From an uncultured Oscillospiraceae bacterium (lineage in GTDB: Bacteria > Bacillota > Clostridia > Oscillospirales > Acutalibacteraceae), in NCBI GenBank assembly GCA_900543395.1, contig UQQT01000007.1, positions 6,520 to 70,519 on the forward strand: 64,000 nucleotides of DNA. The letters are read 5' to 3'. Position 1 is the first letter of the stretch. The number at the start of each line of letters is the position of its first letter. Shown here piece by piece: positions 7,739-17,617 of this stretch. A program made the translations under genes and the position numbers. The notes under the pieces were generated by a model, which was not told where the DNA came from, did not search any database, and saw nothing but the letters and a program-made list of their open reading frames with translations.

Positions 7739-8452
7739 TTATTTAGAGAGTTTGGTGACAGGCTCGGCAAACTCAATTCCGTGAGTGTCAACCGTGATGC
7801 TCTTTATAACAATGTCTTTTATAGGCTTATCGTTTGCATCTTTTTGAGCATCTGCTATCTTATCAACAACATCCATACCGCTCATTACTCTGCCGAACGC
7901 CGCGTACTGTCCGTCAAGATATGTAGAATCGGCCTGGCAGATAAAGAACTGACTGCCTGCGGTATCATAGCCCGAGCCTCTCGCCATGGATATGGTTCCC
8001 CTCGTATGGCTTAAATTGTTTGCGGTTCCGTTATAAGCGAACTCGCCCTTTATCGTATATCCGGGTCCTCCCGTGCCTACTCCCTTGGGATCTCCGCCCT
8101 GTATCATGAAGTTTTTGATAACGCGGTGGAATATAAGTCCGTCATAGAATCCCGAATTTGCAAGGAATATAAAATTCTCGACAGTATTCGGAGCCTTGTC
8201 ATAATAGAGTTCTACGACAATTTTTCCGCCGTCTTCCATTTTGATGGTTGCCGTCGGATTCTCCTTAACGGCGATTTTTGTTTCGGGTTCCGACAGCGAA
8301 CCTTTCGGCACGTCGATGGTCGAATAAATGTCAAACGTATTTTCGCCTGATTCGGGTTCTTTTGATTTATCGTCCGAATCTGACTTCGAACAGGACGCAA
8401 AAGCAAAAATCAAAATAACGGCTGATAATAACGCAATAATTCTCTTAGTCAT
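7739..8452 (-). CDS. Cyclophilin-type peptidyl-prolyl cis-trans isomerase, lipoprotein
   Basis: Lipobox 'IFAFASC' and cyclophilin signature 'FHRVIKNFMIQGGDP'. Start taken at the internal Met (MTKRII) to avoid a 41-nt overlap. Confidence 0.9.
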   Translation of the reverse strand: MTKRIIALLSAVILIFAFASCSKSDSDDKSKEPESGENTFDIYSTIDVPKGSLSEPETKIAVKENPTATIKMEDGGKIVVELYYDKAPNTVENFIFLANSGFYDGLIFHRVIKNFMIQGGDPKGVGTGGPGYTIKGEFAYNGTANNLSHTRGTISMARGSGYDTAGSQFFICQADSTYLDGQYAAFGRVMSGMDVVDKIADAQKDANDKPIKDIVIKSITVDTHGIEFAEPVTKLSK

Positions 8453-9827
8453 TTGTTTCAGTCTCCTTTTTATTCTTTTCCTCAAAGCCCTCCGTACTCT
8501 CCTTCATAAACATAACTTTAATCGTCTGAAGAATGAGCTTAAAGTCAAGGAAAAACGTAAAATTATTTATGTACATTAAATCAAGTACAAGCTTGTCATA
8601 CGGAGTCGTATTATACTTGCCCATTATCTGAGCAAATCCCGTAAGTCCTGCTTTAACCTTAGTTCTGTATTTAAATTCGGGCACCTGCTTCGTATACATT
8701 TCATGATGCTCGACGCGCTCGGGTCTCGGTCCTACGACGGACATATCGCCTTTTAATATATTGAAAAGCTGAGGCAGTTCGTCGAGTCTTAATTTTCGGA
8801 TTACCCTGCCGACTTTTGTAATTCTCGGATCTCTGTCGGTAGTCGGAATAACCTCTCCGTTTTTCTCCGCGTCGACAATCATGCTTCTGAATTTGTAAAT
8901 TTCAAAGACCTTTTCGTTAATCGTAATGCGTTTCTGTTTAAACAAAACAGGTCCGCGGTCCTCAAGCTTTATAGAGAGAGATATAATTGCAAGAAACGGT
9001 GAAAAAACTATTATTCCGATAATTGAAAGAAAAATATCGCATGCACGTTTAATAATTCTCTGTTCTTCCGTCAGTCCGGTATTACGGCAGAACAACAGCG
9101 GAGAATCAAACTGATGAATCTCCTCGGCCCCTCTTATAAATATATCCGAAATACGCGGAGGCAGATAAACGTCGATATTGTTTACGTAACAGAATTTAAG
9201 AATATCGTTTCTTTCCTTGCTCGGAACTCTGCTGATTACGACGGCTTCATAGCGTTTGATCGCCTCGTAAACCTCTTCAAGATTTCCGTCGAACAGCTCC
9301 GTATCGGGTTTTAACAATACCGATTCGCATATTAAATACTGATCCGTACGGCTTACAAGCTTATAAATAAGATCCTGCGCCTGATGATCGCCGTAGACAA
9401 GTATAACTTTCTTAGGCGGAAATATTTTATTAATAACGGCAGAAGCCGAGAAAGTCCACAATACGGAAATACAGACATTAAAAAGCGTCAGTATCAGCAT
9501 CGGCAGAACCGAGACAAAAGCTCTGTGTATAAGACTTATCTGCAAATATGCGACGAAATTAACGATAAGTACGGATATACTCTGCGACAGAATAATATTA
9601 GAACGTGTATGATACCCGATTTTCAGCGCGTCGAGAATGTTAAACGTTACGATAAGTATTACCAAATAAATTGCGACAAGCAGGTCGCCGCCCGTTGCAA
9701 GCGGAGCTTTAAAAACTCTGTTATACGTACCGAACAGTACGTATGCGAACGCACCGGTCTGTAATGCCAATATAAGAACGGAAAACAACGCCTTGACAGC
9801 GTGTCCGAATTTTTTTCTTAGGGGCAA
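8445..9827 (-). CDS. Polyprenyl glycosylphosphotransferase (WbaP/EpsE-type sugar transferase)
   Basis: Several N-terminal TM helices and a C-terminal 'bacterial sugar transferase' domain containing 'VGPRPERVEHHEMY'. Confidence 0.85.
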   Translation of the reverse strand: MPLRKKFGHAVKALFSVLILALQTGAFAYVLFGTYNRVFKAPLATGGDLLVAIYLVILIVTFNILDALKIGYHTRSNIILSQSISVLIVNFVAYLQISLIHRAFVSVLPMLILTLFNVCISVLWTFSASAVINKIFPPKKVILVYGDHQAQDLIYKLVSRTDQYLICESVLLKPDTELFDGNLEEVYEAIKRYEAVVISRVPSKERNDILKFCYVNNIDVYLPPRISDIFIRGAEEIHQFDSPLLFCRNTGLTEEQRIIKRACDIFLSIIGIIVFSPFLAIISLSIKLEDRGPVLFKQKRITINEKVFEIYKFRSMIVDAEKNGEVIPTTDRDPRITKVGRVIRKLRLDELPQLFNILKGDMSVVGPRPERVEHHEMYTKQVPEFKYRTKVKAGLTGFAQIMGKYNTTPYDKLVLDLMYINNFTFFLDFKLILQTIKVMFMKESTEGFEEKNKKETETND

Positions 9828-9974
9828 TTTTTTCGCCTCCGGTCAGATTTAATCGCGTTCATTATATACTATTTTATTTCGTTAGTCAATATAAACATAT
9901 AAATATTAAAAAATCACCCGGCATATAGATGTTATGTCGGGTGAAATATTCATATTAAATTAAAATCGTTATTT

Positions 9975-11564
9975 CTATTTCTTTTCTGAATTTTCGCCGG
10001 GGATATCTCCGATATCGGCTTCAGCCTCTTCTACAAGCTTTTCATCAACCTCGATGGTTTCGCCGGTTGAATCTGAAACTATACCCTCTGCAAGTTTCCT
10101 CGCCTCGACTTCGGCTACCATTTCCGCCTGCTTCTTCTCTGTTATTTTATAGAAGAACATAGGAACGGCGCATGCAAACATGCTTATTACACCCGAGAGA
10201 ACAAGGAGGTTCCACAGAAGATCCTTGCCGTCCGCAGTAATGTAAACGCCGCTTGCGGCTTCGGGGTTGATTCCTGCCCATGAGTATGAGAAAACGCCGA
10301 TAAACGCGCCGAGAGCCATACCGATTTTGTTGATAAGAGTCTGCATTGCAAAGCAGATTCCCTCGCCTCTCTCGCCTGTTTTCCATTCAAGATAATCAAC
10401 GGTATCGCCTATCATAGCATAGGTGATAATATTATTAACGCCCTGGGGAATTCCGAGCAGAACAAGTCCGATTGCCGCGACGATAAGCTTCCACGTAGCG
10501 TCATAGCCTACGAAATACATAACGGTCATTACGACTCCGCCGAAAAGATGAACTGCGATATATGTCCATTTCTTCGTAAACTTCTTAGACATCCAGGGAA
10601 CAAGTACGGAAGCTACAAGTCCGCCGGGAACAACCAAAAGAGTGATAAGACTGTAAAGCCCCTCGTTGTTAAGAACGTATTTTGCGAAATAAAGTCCGCC
10701 CGTATAAGTGTAAACCATTCTCGCACCGCCGAGTATACCCGAAAGGACGATAAGAAGAAGCTGTTTATTCTTGAATAACAGTTTAAGGTTGTGACCGAGC
10801 GAAGGCGGAGTTGCAGTCGTGGTGTAACGCTCCTTGGTATTCTTGAATCCGTAGTAGAACATGGGAACGGCAAGAACTACGCATACAAGTGCGCAAATAA
10901 AGTACGTCCATTTAAGTGTGTTTGCATTCTGATAAATATACTGCGGATCAACTACACCGTCGGTTTTATACTTTGCGGTAACGGCCGACGTGATAATAGG
11001 TACAAATACGGTAACGATACCTGCGCCGAGCGTGCATACGAGACGGGCAACGGTAAGAATATTGCCGCGGACAACAGTATCATTTGTCATACATGTGGAA
11101 AGTCCCCAGTAGGGAACGTCTGCTACTGTGTACACCATACTCCAGATAACGTATATTACGGAAATGATAACAAACGTAGAAGCTTTCTGTGCGGGGAGGA
11201 ACGGAGCAAAGCACGCGATCGTTACGACTGCGATAGGTATTGCCATCCATTTGAGATAAGGTCTGCACTTACCCCATTTTGTACGGGTTTTGTCGACGAT
11301 ACTGCCCATAATCGGGTCGTTCATCGCGTCGTAAATTCTCGTACCGAGCATAAGATATGCAACCGCCATAGTGCCGGAAACGGCGCCGATTGTTACATTG
11401 CATCCGAACAACAGCGCGTCTGTCATGAAAACGGTAAGATACGAACCGATAATCGTACAGATAAGATTCTGACCGAATCCGGTTACTGAATAAGCGATAG
11501 CTTCTTTAGGCTGAACGCCCTTTCCGGGCGTTGTGCCGAAAAGCTTGTGAAGAAATTTATTCAT
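9975..11564 (-). CDS. GPH-family (MelB-like) sugar:cation symporter
   Basis: 12-TM profile and an N-terminal motif 'YSVTGFGQNLICTIIGSYLTVFMTDAL' typical of glycoside-pentoside-hexuronide transporters. Acidic C-terminal tail. Confidence 0.8.
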   Translation of the reverse strand: MNKFLHKLFGTTPGKGVQPKEAIAYSVTGFGQNLICTIIGSYLTVFMTDALLFGCNVTIGAVSGTMAVAYLMLGTRIYDAMNDPIMGSIVDKTRTKWGKCRPYLKWMAIPIAVVTIACFAPFLPAQKASTFVIISVIYVIWSMVYTVADVPYWGLSTCMTNDTVVRGNILTVARLVCTLGAGIVTVFVPIITSAVTAKYKTDGVVDPQYIYQNANTLKWTYFICALVCVVLAVPMFYYGFKNTKERYTTTATPPSLGHNLKLLFKNKQLLLIVLSGILGGARMVYTYTGGLYFAKYVLNNEGLYSLITLLVVPGGLVASVLVPWMSKKFTKKWTYIAVHLFGGVVMTVMYFVGYDATWKLIVAAIGLVLLGIPQGVNNIITYAMIGDTVDYLEWKTGERGEGICFAMQTLINKIGMALGAFIGVFSYSWAGINPEAASGVYITADGKDLLWNLLVLSGVISMFACAVPMFFYKITEKKQAEMVAEVEARKLAEGIVSDSTGETIEVDEKLVEEAEADIGDIPGENSEKK

Positions 11565-11705
11565 TCACGTCATCCTTTCGTTATTTATGGATATATAATA
11601 GCACACCGCGGCAGATAATTTCAACATTTTTTTAGACTTTTGTACATTTTTTTGAATTGTTCATAAATTATATATGTATATACGATAAAAAATTGATTTT
11701 CCCTA

Positions 11706-11734
11706 TTGCAAACTCGGGAAATATATATTATAAT
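11706..11734 (+). promoter_or_regulatory. Sigma-A promoter TTGCAA-17-TATAAT for SRP RNA
   Basis: TTGCAA at 11706-11711, a 17-nt spacer, then TATAAT at 11729-11734. Confidence 0.5.
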
Positions 11735-11749
11735 ATATACCGTTAAATA

Positions 11750-11890
11750 AAGTTCAATTTCTGTCATGCGGCGTGTTGGTCCTGTGCGGCGGAGCGCCGT
11801 GAACCATGTCAGGCGGGGAACCGAGCAGCATTAAGCGGTATGCCCGTGCGTTACAGTTCGCCTGCACGCCGTGTGACAGAGGTTGAACTT
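11750..11890 (+). ncRNA. ffs: Signal recognition particle RNA (small 4.5S type)
   Basis: The 5' end (agttcaatttctgtcatgcggcg) pairs with the 3' end (cgccgtgtgacagaggttgaact). The internal 'GUCAGGCGGGGAACCGAGCAGC' matches the SRP domain IV consensus GUCAGGUCCGGAAGGAAGCAGC. A T7 run follows. It sits directly upstream of dnaX, the canonical synteny. Confidence 0.8.
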
Positions 11891-11950
11891 TTTTTATAAA
11901 TAATTTATTTTATCCTAATATTTCAATTTTTCTTTTTCGGGGAGACCGGC

Positions 11951-13858
11951 ATGTATAAGGTACTTTACAGAAAATGGAGACCGCAGACTTTTTCGGATGT
12001 CGTAGGTCAGTCCCATATTACAGAGACGCTTATGAATGAGGTTAAGGAAAACCGTCTCGCTCACGCGTATCTGTTTACGGGTACGCGAGGAACCGGTAAA
12101 ACTTCGTGCGCCAAAATTCTCTCAAAGGCTATAAACTGTCTTCACCCCGTAAACGGTAATCCCTGCAATGAATGTGAAATCTGTAAAGGAATCGACAACG
12201 GCTCCGTCATGGACGTGGTCGAAATAGACGCGGCGAGCAACAGAGGTATTGAGGATATCAGAGCGTTGAGGGACGAATCGGCTTTTTCGCCCGCGCAGGC
12301 GACATACCGCGTTTATATTATAGACGAGGTTCACATGCTTACGATAGAGGCGTTCAACGCGCTGTTAAAAACGCTCGAAGAACCGCCCGTACATGTCAAG
12401 TTTATTCTTGCGACAACAGAGGTTCAGAAGCTTCCATCCACCATACTTTCGCGCTGTCAGCGTTTTGATTTCAGAAGAATCGAATCGGAAGACATCGCGG
12501 ACAGGCTTATCTACGTCTGTTCTCATGAGGACGCGGAAATCACCCGCGACGCGGCAATGCTTATAGCAAGAATTTCCGACGGCGGAATGAGAGACGCGCT
12601 CTCGCTTCTCGACAGATGTTTAAGCATTACGAGGAACGTCGACGCTTCCGTCGTAACCGACGCGGCGGGAATAATGAGCAAAAGCTATCTTCTCAACATG
12701 GCGTGCGCGTTTAAAGAACACGATTCGTCAAAGGCTCTCTCGCTTATCGACGAGCTTCACAAGTCGTCGTGCGACGCGGAGAGACTGTGTTCCGAGCTTA
12801 CAAACTATTTCAGAAACATACTTATTATAAAAACGTCGAAAAAACCGCAGGATATTATAATCGCAACCGACGAGGAAATTTCGGAATTAAAAAATATTTC
12901 GGCAGAATTTTCTCCTGCAGAAATATTTAATATACTGAATATATTAAATGAAGCTTCATCCGCCGCAAAGAGAACACAGAACAAACGAATCGAAGCCGAA
13001 ATGGCGGTTATCAAAATCTGCGCGCCCGGGATGAATTCCGACTCGTCCGCGCTTCTTTCGAGAATCGAAACGCTTGAAAAACAGTTAGCACAGCTGAAAG
13101 CAAATCCCGTCACAATTACTTCAAAACAACAGGACATCCGCCCTGCGGTAAGAGAACAAGCTTATATTAAACCGGTTTCAAAATCCGACGCGGGAGCGGT
13201 TTTAAAAGTTGAGCCGTCCGGCGAAACTTTACCGCTTGACAATACGCCGACAGAGACTACTCCTCTTCCGTTTGACGATATTAAGCAGGACGGCAATACT
13301 CCTCTTCCGTTCGACGATACCGAACAGGACGGCAATACTCCGCTTCCGTTTGATGATATTCCGGTTCCCGAGGAAGAATCCCTGCCGTTCGACGCAGACG
13401 CTCCGTTCTCCGACGCTGACATTCCGCCCGCGGACTCGAACAGCGGACTTCCGTTTGATTCACCGCAGACAGAGGAAAAATTCGATTTGAATTCTCTGCC
13501 GTTTGACGACGATTCGGACGAATACGAGGACGAAACCGTATTTTCCGACGAAAACGATGAAGCACTGCCGTTTGATTCTCAAGCTCCCGAACAGTCTCCC
13601 CCTCCGGCGAAACCGTCAGGCGACGACATTAAAATCTGGACAAATATTATAATGGAATGTGAACGGACATGCAAACCGCTTATAGGCATGCTGTTAAACA
13701 CAACAGCCGTCATAAACGGAAACGTTATCACCGTAGACAACTACAATCATCTTCTGCCGTCGCTTTTAACGCAGAAAGTTTTTTCCGACGCGATAGAAAA
13801 AGCGGCAAAAACCGTAACGGGTATTGACTTTAGCGTCAGACTGGCGGATAATAGATAA
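11951..13858 (+). CDS. dnaX: DNA polymerase III subunits gamma/tau
   Basis: Walker A 'GTRGTGKTSCAKIL', zinc module 'CNECEICKGI', and a clamp-loader AAA+ fold. The tau-type C-terminal extension carries LPFDD repeats. Confidence 0.95.
   Translation: MYKVLYRKWRPQTFSDVVGQSHITETLMNEVKENRLAHAYLFTGTRGTGKTSCAKILSKAINCLHPVNGNPCNECEICKGIDNGSVMDVVEIDAASNRGIEDIRALRDESAFSPAQATYRVYIIDEVHMLTIEAFNALLKTLEEPPVHVKFILATTEVQKLPSTILSRCQRFDFRRIESEDIADRLIYVCSHEDAEITRDAAMLIARISDGGMRDALSLLDRCLSITRNVDASVVTDAAGIMSKSYLLNMACAFKEHDSSKALSLIDELHKSSCDAERLCSELTNYFRNILIIKTSKKPQDIIIATDEEISELKNISAEFSPAEIFNILNILNEASSAAKRTQNKRIEAEMAVIKICAPGMNSDSSALLSRIETLEKQLAQLKANPVTITSKQQDIRPAVREQAYIKPVSKSDAGAVLKVEPSGETLPLDNTPTETTPLPFDDIKQDGNTPLPFDDTEQDGNTPLPFDDIPVPEEESLPFDADAPFSDADIPPADSNSGLPFDSPQTEEKFDLNSLPFDDDSDEYEDETVFSDENDEALPFDSQAPEQSPPPAKPSGDDIKIWTNIIMECERTCKPLIGMLLNTTAVINGNVITVDNYNHLLPSLLTQKVFSDAIEKAAKTVTGIDFSVRLADNR
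13258..13362 (+). repeat. In-frame 39-nt tandem repeat (about 2.6 copies) in dnaX
   Basis: Units 'TPLPFDDIKQDGN', 'TPLPFDDTEQDGN' and 'TPLPFDDIPVPEE'. Nucleotide identity is near-perfect across the first two units. Confidence 0.6.
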
Positions 13859-13897
13859 AAGAATAAAAAATACATTTATATATTTCGGAGGTTTACA

Positions 13898-14239
13898 ATG
13901 AAAGCAAGAATCCCCAACCAGAACCAGGGAAACATGATGCAGAAAATACAGAAAATGCAGGAGGACATGGCTCGCATACAGACCCAGGTCGAAGAAACCG
14001 AATTTACCGCAAGCGCGGGCGGCGGAGCCGTTGAAGTCACCGTTACGGGTAAGCATGAGGTCAAGGCCGTTAACATCAAACCCGAGGTCGTCGACCCCGA
14101 GGATATCGAAATGCTCGAGGATCTGCTTATAGCTTCGCTCAACGAGGCAATAAGAAAAGCAAGCGACGCTATGGATAACGAAATGGGTAAGGTCACGGGC
14201 GGATTCAACATTCCCGGCATGCCCGGCGGACTTTTCTGA
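13898..14239 (+). CDS. ybaB: Nucleoid-associated protein YbaB/EbfC
   Basis: 113 aa with 'MQKIQKMQEDMARIQ' and a C-terminal 'GGFNIPGMPGGLF' typical of YbaB. Located in the conserved dnaX-ybaB-recR block. Confidence 0.9.
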   Translation: MKARIPNQNQGNMMQKIQKMQEDMARIQTQVEETEFTASAGGGAVEVTVTGKHEVKAVNIKPEVVDPEDIEMLEDLLIASLNEAIRKASDAMDNEMGKVTGGFNIPGMPGGLF

Positions 14240-14245
14240 TAAAAT

Positions 14246-14845
14246 ATGAATTATAATGTTATTCCGCTTCAGAAACTAACGGAGCAGTTCGAACGTATGC
14301 CCGGAATAGGCAGAAAAACAGCGCAAAGACTTTCCTTTTATATCCTTTCACTGCCGAAAGAGGAAGCGAAGAAGTTTTCCGAAGCAATAAACGAAGCGGT
14401 CGAAAAAATACACAGATGCGCTCTGTGCTGTAATCTTACCGAGGACGAATTGTGTCCTATATGCTCAAGCGATTTAAGGGATAAAACAACGATCTGCGTA
14501 GTCGAGGACTCGCAGGATCTTTTGGCGATTGAAAAAACGGGAACGTACAAGGGCGTTTATCACGTTCTGCACGGCGCGATATCTCCGCTCGACGGAATCG
14601 GTCCCGATCAGCTCACCGTACGCGAACTTATTGCCCGCGTCGCAGGCGACAACGTCAAAGAAGTGATCCTTGCGACAAATTCGGACATAGAGGGCGAAGC
14701 TACGGCAATGTACATTGCAAAACTCTTAAAACCGTTTAATGTAAAAACAACGCGTCTCGCGTTCGGTATTCCCGTAGGCTCCGACTTGCAATATGCCGAC
14801 GGAGTGACGCTTTCAAAAGCTTTGGAGGGCAGGCAATCTCTCTGA
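14246..14845 (+). CDS. recR: Recombination protein RecR
   Basis: C4 zinc finger 'CALCCNLTEDELCPIC' followed by a Toprim domain. Confidence 0.95.
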   Translation: MNYNVIPLQKLTEQFERMPGIGRKTAQRLSFYILSLPKEEAKKFSEAINEAVEKIHRCALCCNLTEDELCPICSSDLRDKTTICVVEDSQDLLAIEKTGTYKGVYHVLHGAISPLDGIGPDQLTVRELIARVAGDNVKEVILATNSDIEGEATAMYIAKLLKPFNVKTTRLAFGIPVGSDLQYADGVTLSKALEGRQSL

Positions 14846-14871
14846 TATTAATTTTTACAGGAGGAATAAAC

Positions 14872-16470
14872 ATGGATAACAAATACGCTATAACATACGA
14901 CATCGGAACAACCGGAGTCAAGACATGCGTTTTTGAGCTTTCCGACAAGGTAACGCTTCTCGGAGCAGCCTCTGCCGGTTACAAGCTTTACATACTTCCC
15001 GACGGCGGAGCCGAACAGGATCCCGACGAGTGGTGGAATGCTATGTGCGAGACAACAAAAACGGCTCTTAAAAAAGCAAAGATAAAAGCTAAGGATATAG
15101 AAGGTATTTCGTTCTGCTCACAGATGCAGGGACTTGTACTCGTTGACAAAGAGGGTAAACCCGTACGCAGAGCGATGAGCTATATGGATCAGCGCGCGAA
15201 GGACGAGCTTAAAAAGGGCATGGCTCACGGCGTTCAGATAGCGGGAGCGAGCGTTCCCAAGCTTTTAAAATCCCTTTACTACACCGGTGCAGTTTCATCC
15301 TCCGTAAAAGACCCCGTTTGGAAATACAAATGGGTCGAGGCTCATGAACCCGAAGTTTTCGCAAAAACTCACAAATGGCTTGACGTTAAAGAAGCTCTTA
15401 TCGCCAGAATGACCGGTAATTTCATTATGACCTCGGACTCTGCTTTCGGCACTCTTCTTTACGATATAAGGGACGGCAGGCATGACTGGGCTATGCCTAT
15501 CGTCGACATGATAGGCGTTAAGCACGAACATCTTGCACGCATTATTAAATCGACCGACAAAGCCGGCGTACTGTCCGAAACAGCGGCAAAAGAACTCGGA
15601 CTCGAACCCGGCACCGCAGTATTCGGAGGGGGCGGAGACGCTTCTCTTATCGGAGTCGGCGCAGGTGCGGTCGGTCTTCACGACACACATATTTATCAGG
15701 GAACTTCCGGCTGGGTTTCGACAGTTGTCGAAAAAAGCATGGTCGATACGTCGGCAATGATAGCGGCCATCGTCGGCGCGGACAGCAATTCGTTCAATTA
15801 CTTTGCAGAACTTGAAACGGCGGGCAAATGCCTTGAATGGGTCAAGGATCATCTTGCTCTCGACGAAATCGGCATTTATCTTAAAAAAGAGCATGTCGCA
15901 GAGGGATACGAAGCACAATACACAAGCCTCTACGACTATATGTCATATATAATAAATCAAGTTCCCGCAGGAAGCAACGGCGTAATATTTACCCCTTGGC
16001 TTCACGGTAACCGCTGTCCGTTCGAGGATCCCAACGCGCGCGGAATGTTCTTTAATTTAAGTCTGGAAACAGGCAAATCCGAGCTTATCCGTTCGGTAGT
16101 CGAGGGTGTTTGCTATCATTTGAGATGGTTCCTCGAAACAGAAGAGAAAAAGACAAAAACATCCGACGCTATCCGTTTCGTAGGCGGCGGCGCGCTGTCT
16201 AAGGTAACATGTCAGATTCTTTCGGATATTCTCGGCAGAAAAATCGAAACTGTCGATAACCCGCAGAACGTCGGCGCAGTCGGCGCGGCGGTTGTCGTAG
16301 CGTGCGGACTCGGACTTATAAAGGATATAACCGAAGCTAAAAAGCTCATCCCCGCAACGGACGTTTTCTACCCCAACAAAGCAAATCACGAAAAATACAA
16401 TAATTATTTCAATGTATACAAAGAGCTTTACAACTCAAACAAGAAAAATTTTGCGGCTCTCAACGGCTGA
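14872..16470 (+). CDS. FGGY-family carbohydrate kinase
   Basis: N-terminal 'YAITYDIGTTGVKTCVF' and an overall two-domain actin-fold kinase pattern (xylulokinase/glycerol kinase family). Confidence 0.8.
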   Translation: MDNKYAITYDIGTTGVKTCVFELSDKVTLLGAASAGYKLYILPDGGAEQDPDEWWNAMCETTKTALKKAKIKAKDIEGISFCSQMQGLVLVDKEGKPVRRAMSYMDQRAKDELKKGMAHGVQIAGASVPKLLKSLYYTGAVSSSVKDPVWKYKWVEAHEPEVFAKTHKWLDVKEALIARMTGNFIMTSDSAFGTLLYDIRDGRHDWAMPIVDMIGVKHEHLARIIKSTDKAGVLSETAAKELGLEPGTAVFGGGGDASLIGVGAGAVGLHDTHIYQGTSGWVSTVVEKSMVDTSAMIAAIVGADSNSFNYFAELETAGKCLEWVKDHLALDEIGIYLKKEHVAEGYEAQYTSLYDYMSYIINQVPAGSNGVIFTPWLHGNRCPFEDPNARGMFFNLSLETGKSELIRSVVEGVCYHLRWFLETEEKKTKTSDAIRFVGGGALSKVTCQILSDILGRKIETVDNPQNVGAVGAAVVVACGLGLIKDITEAKKLIPATDVFYPNKANHEKYNNYFNVYKELYNSNKKNFAALNG

Positions 16471-16490
16471 ATTCGAAAGGAACCGATTAA

Positions 16491-17405
16491 ATGATAGATA
16501 TTTCAAACGCTTTTTCAATTTTATATAAGGGTATCGATCCCGAAATGAACAAATACGGTTTTACCGCTTCCGCTCCCGACGCGCTTCAAAAAGGCGAAAC
16601 TCCTCTTTTTACCCGCGACAAATCAAGTTATCTTGAATATAAGGGCGATAAGGGAACTGTTCGTATTCTGTTTAATGAAAATAAATTCCGTTTTCTTTCG
16701 GGAGACGCCGACGCTTCAAGCACCGACGACAGCGATTTTAAACTCGCTTCAAGCTATCTGTTCATCCCTGACGAGTACGACGAAAAGGATGTACGCTCAA
16801 TCGTAAACGAGATCGCGGAGAATCTTTACGAAACGTACAGCAAGAAAGCCATGGCGAAAAAACAGGCTTCCGACATAAAAGCACAGGCAACAGTTACGAA
16901 ATCGCAGGTCAAAAGCGGTTCGCTTCTCTATGACAGCGCGACTCTTGCAGTCAGACTTTCGGCAATCTATCCCGAACTAAAGGATTATTACAAAGAAAAC
17001 ATTGCCGAATACGGAGAGTTTTTATGCGAAGAATTCTTCAATGACAAAGCCGCTCCGCTTATTATCAACACGATAAAGCAGAACGATCAGCAGAAAATGA
17101 AAAAGATATTCTCTGTTTTAAACGAGATATACAACGACGGCTCCAACGAGGTTCAGGACGTAATAGCGGTTACGATTCTCGGCAAGCTTAACAATGATAC
17201 CGAACTTATGCACCGTATTCTCCCCTACCTCGGCGAAACCATGCTCGAACCCGTTATGCTTGTAAATAAGTATCTTTCAAAGTCGAAGAGCGCGAGAATG
17301 AGGCTCGAAAATCCGCCTAAATATAAACCTAAGAAAAAGAAAAAGTCCGGCGGTCTTATGAGTATGCTCATGGGCGGCGGTCAGGGCGGTAATATGCCCA
17401 TGTAA
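16491..17405 (+). CDS. Hypothetical cytoplasmic protein
   Basis: 304-aa ORF with a Lys-rich and Gly/Met-rich C-terminus (KKKKKSGGLMSMLMGGGQGGNMPM). No recognised domain. Confidence 0.45.
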   Translation: MIDISNAFSILYKGIDPEMNKYGFTASAPDALQKGETPLFTRDKSSYLEYKGDKGTVRILFNENKFRFLSGDADASSTDDSDFKLASSYLFIPDEYDEKDVRSIVNEIAENLYETYSKKAMAKKQASDIKAQATVTKSQVKSGSLLYDSATLAVRLSAIYPELKDYYKENIAEYGEFLCEEFFNDKAAPLIINTIKQNDQQKMKKIFSVLNEIYNDGSNEVQDVIAVTILGKLNNDTELMHRILPYLGETMLEPVMLVNKYLSKSKSARMRLENPPKYKPKKKKKSGGLMSMLMGGGQGGNMPM

Positions 17406-17413
17406 AGGTGAAA

Positions 17414-17447
17414 AATCAATCAGACAGAACATAAACTGTCTGATTTT
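17414..17447 (+). terminator. Rho-independent terminator
   Basis: Hairpin 'aatcagacagaacataaactgtctgatt' followed by T7. Confidence 0.6.
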
Positions 17448-17617
17448 TTTCATATTCGATTCGGTTTATCGAATATGAAACACTTCACCATCTAATTGTT
17501 TAGTTTTAACAAATTTTTAAACTGTATTTGACATTGTTTTTAATCAATTAACTTTTTGTTCACATTTAATTAACCACTTTGCATACATTCACCCGTTATA
17601 ATTAAATAAAAATTAAA

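Noticed and set aside
10791-11489. 232-aa plus-strand ORF inside the GPH transporter gene
   Set aside because: It is an antisense, Cys/Arg/His-rich translation of the minus-strand transporter.
13258-13362. Possible CRISPR array suggested by regular repeats
   Set aside because: The repeats are contiguous with no spacers, in-frame coding, and lie inside dnaX. No cas genes or repeat-spacer architecture occur anywhere in the window.
13162-13565. Several overlapping 86-94-aa ORFs on both strands in the dnaX repeat region
   Set aside because: These are artefacts of the in-frame LPFDD tandem repeats within dnaX. The translations are low-complexity (S/G/R-rich).
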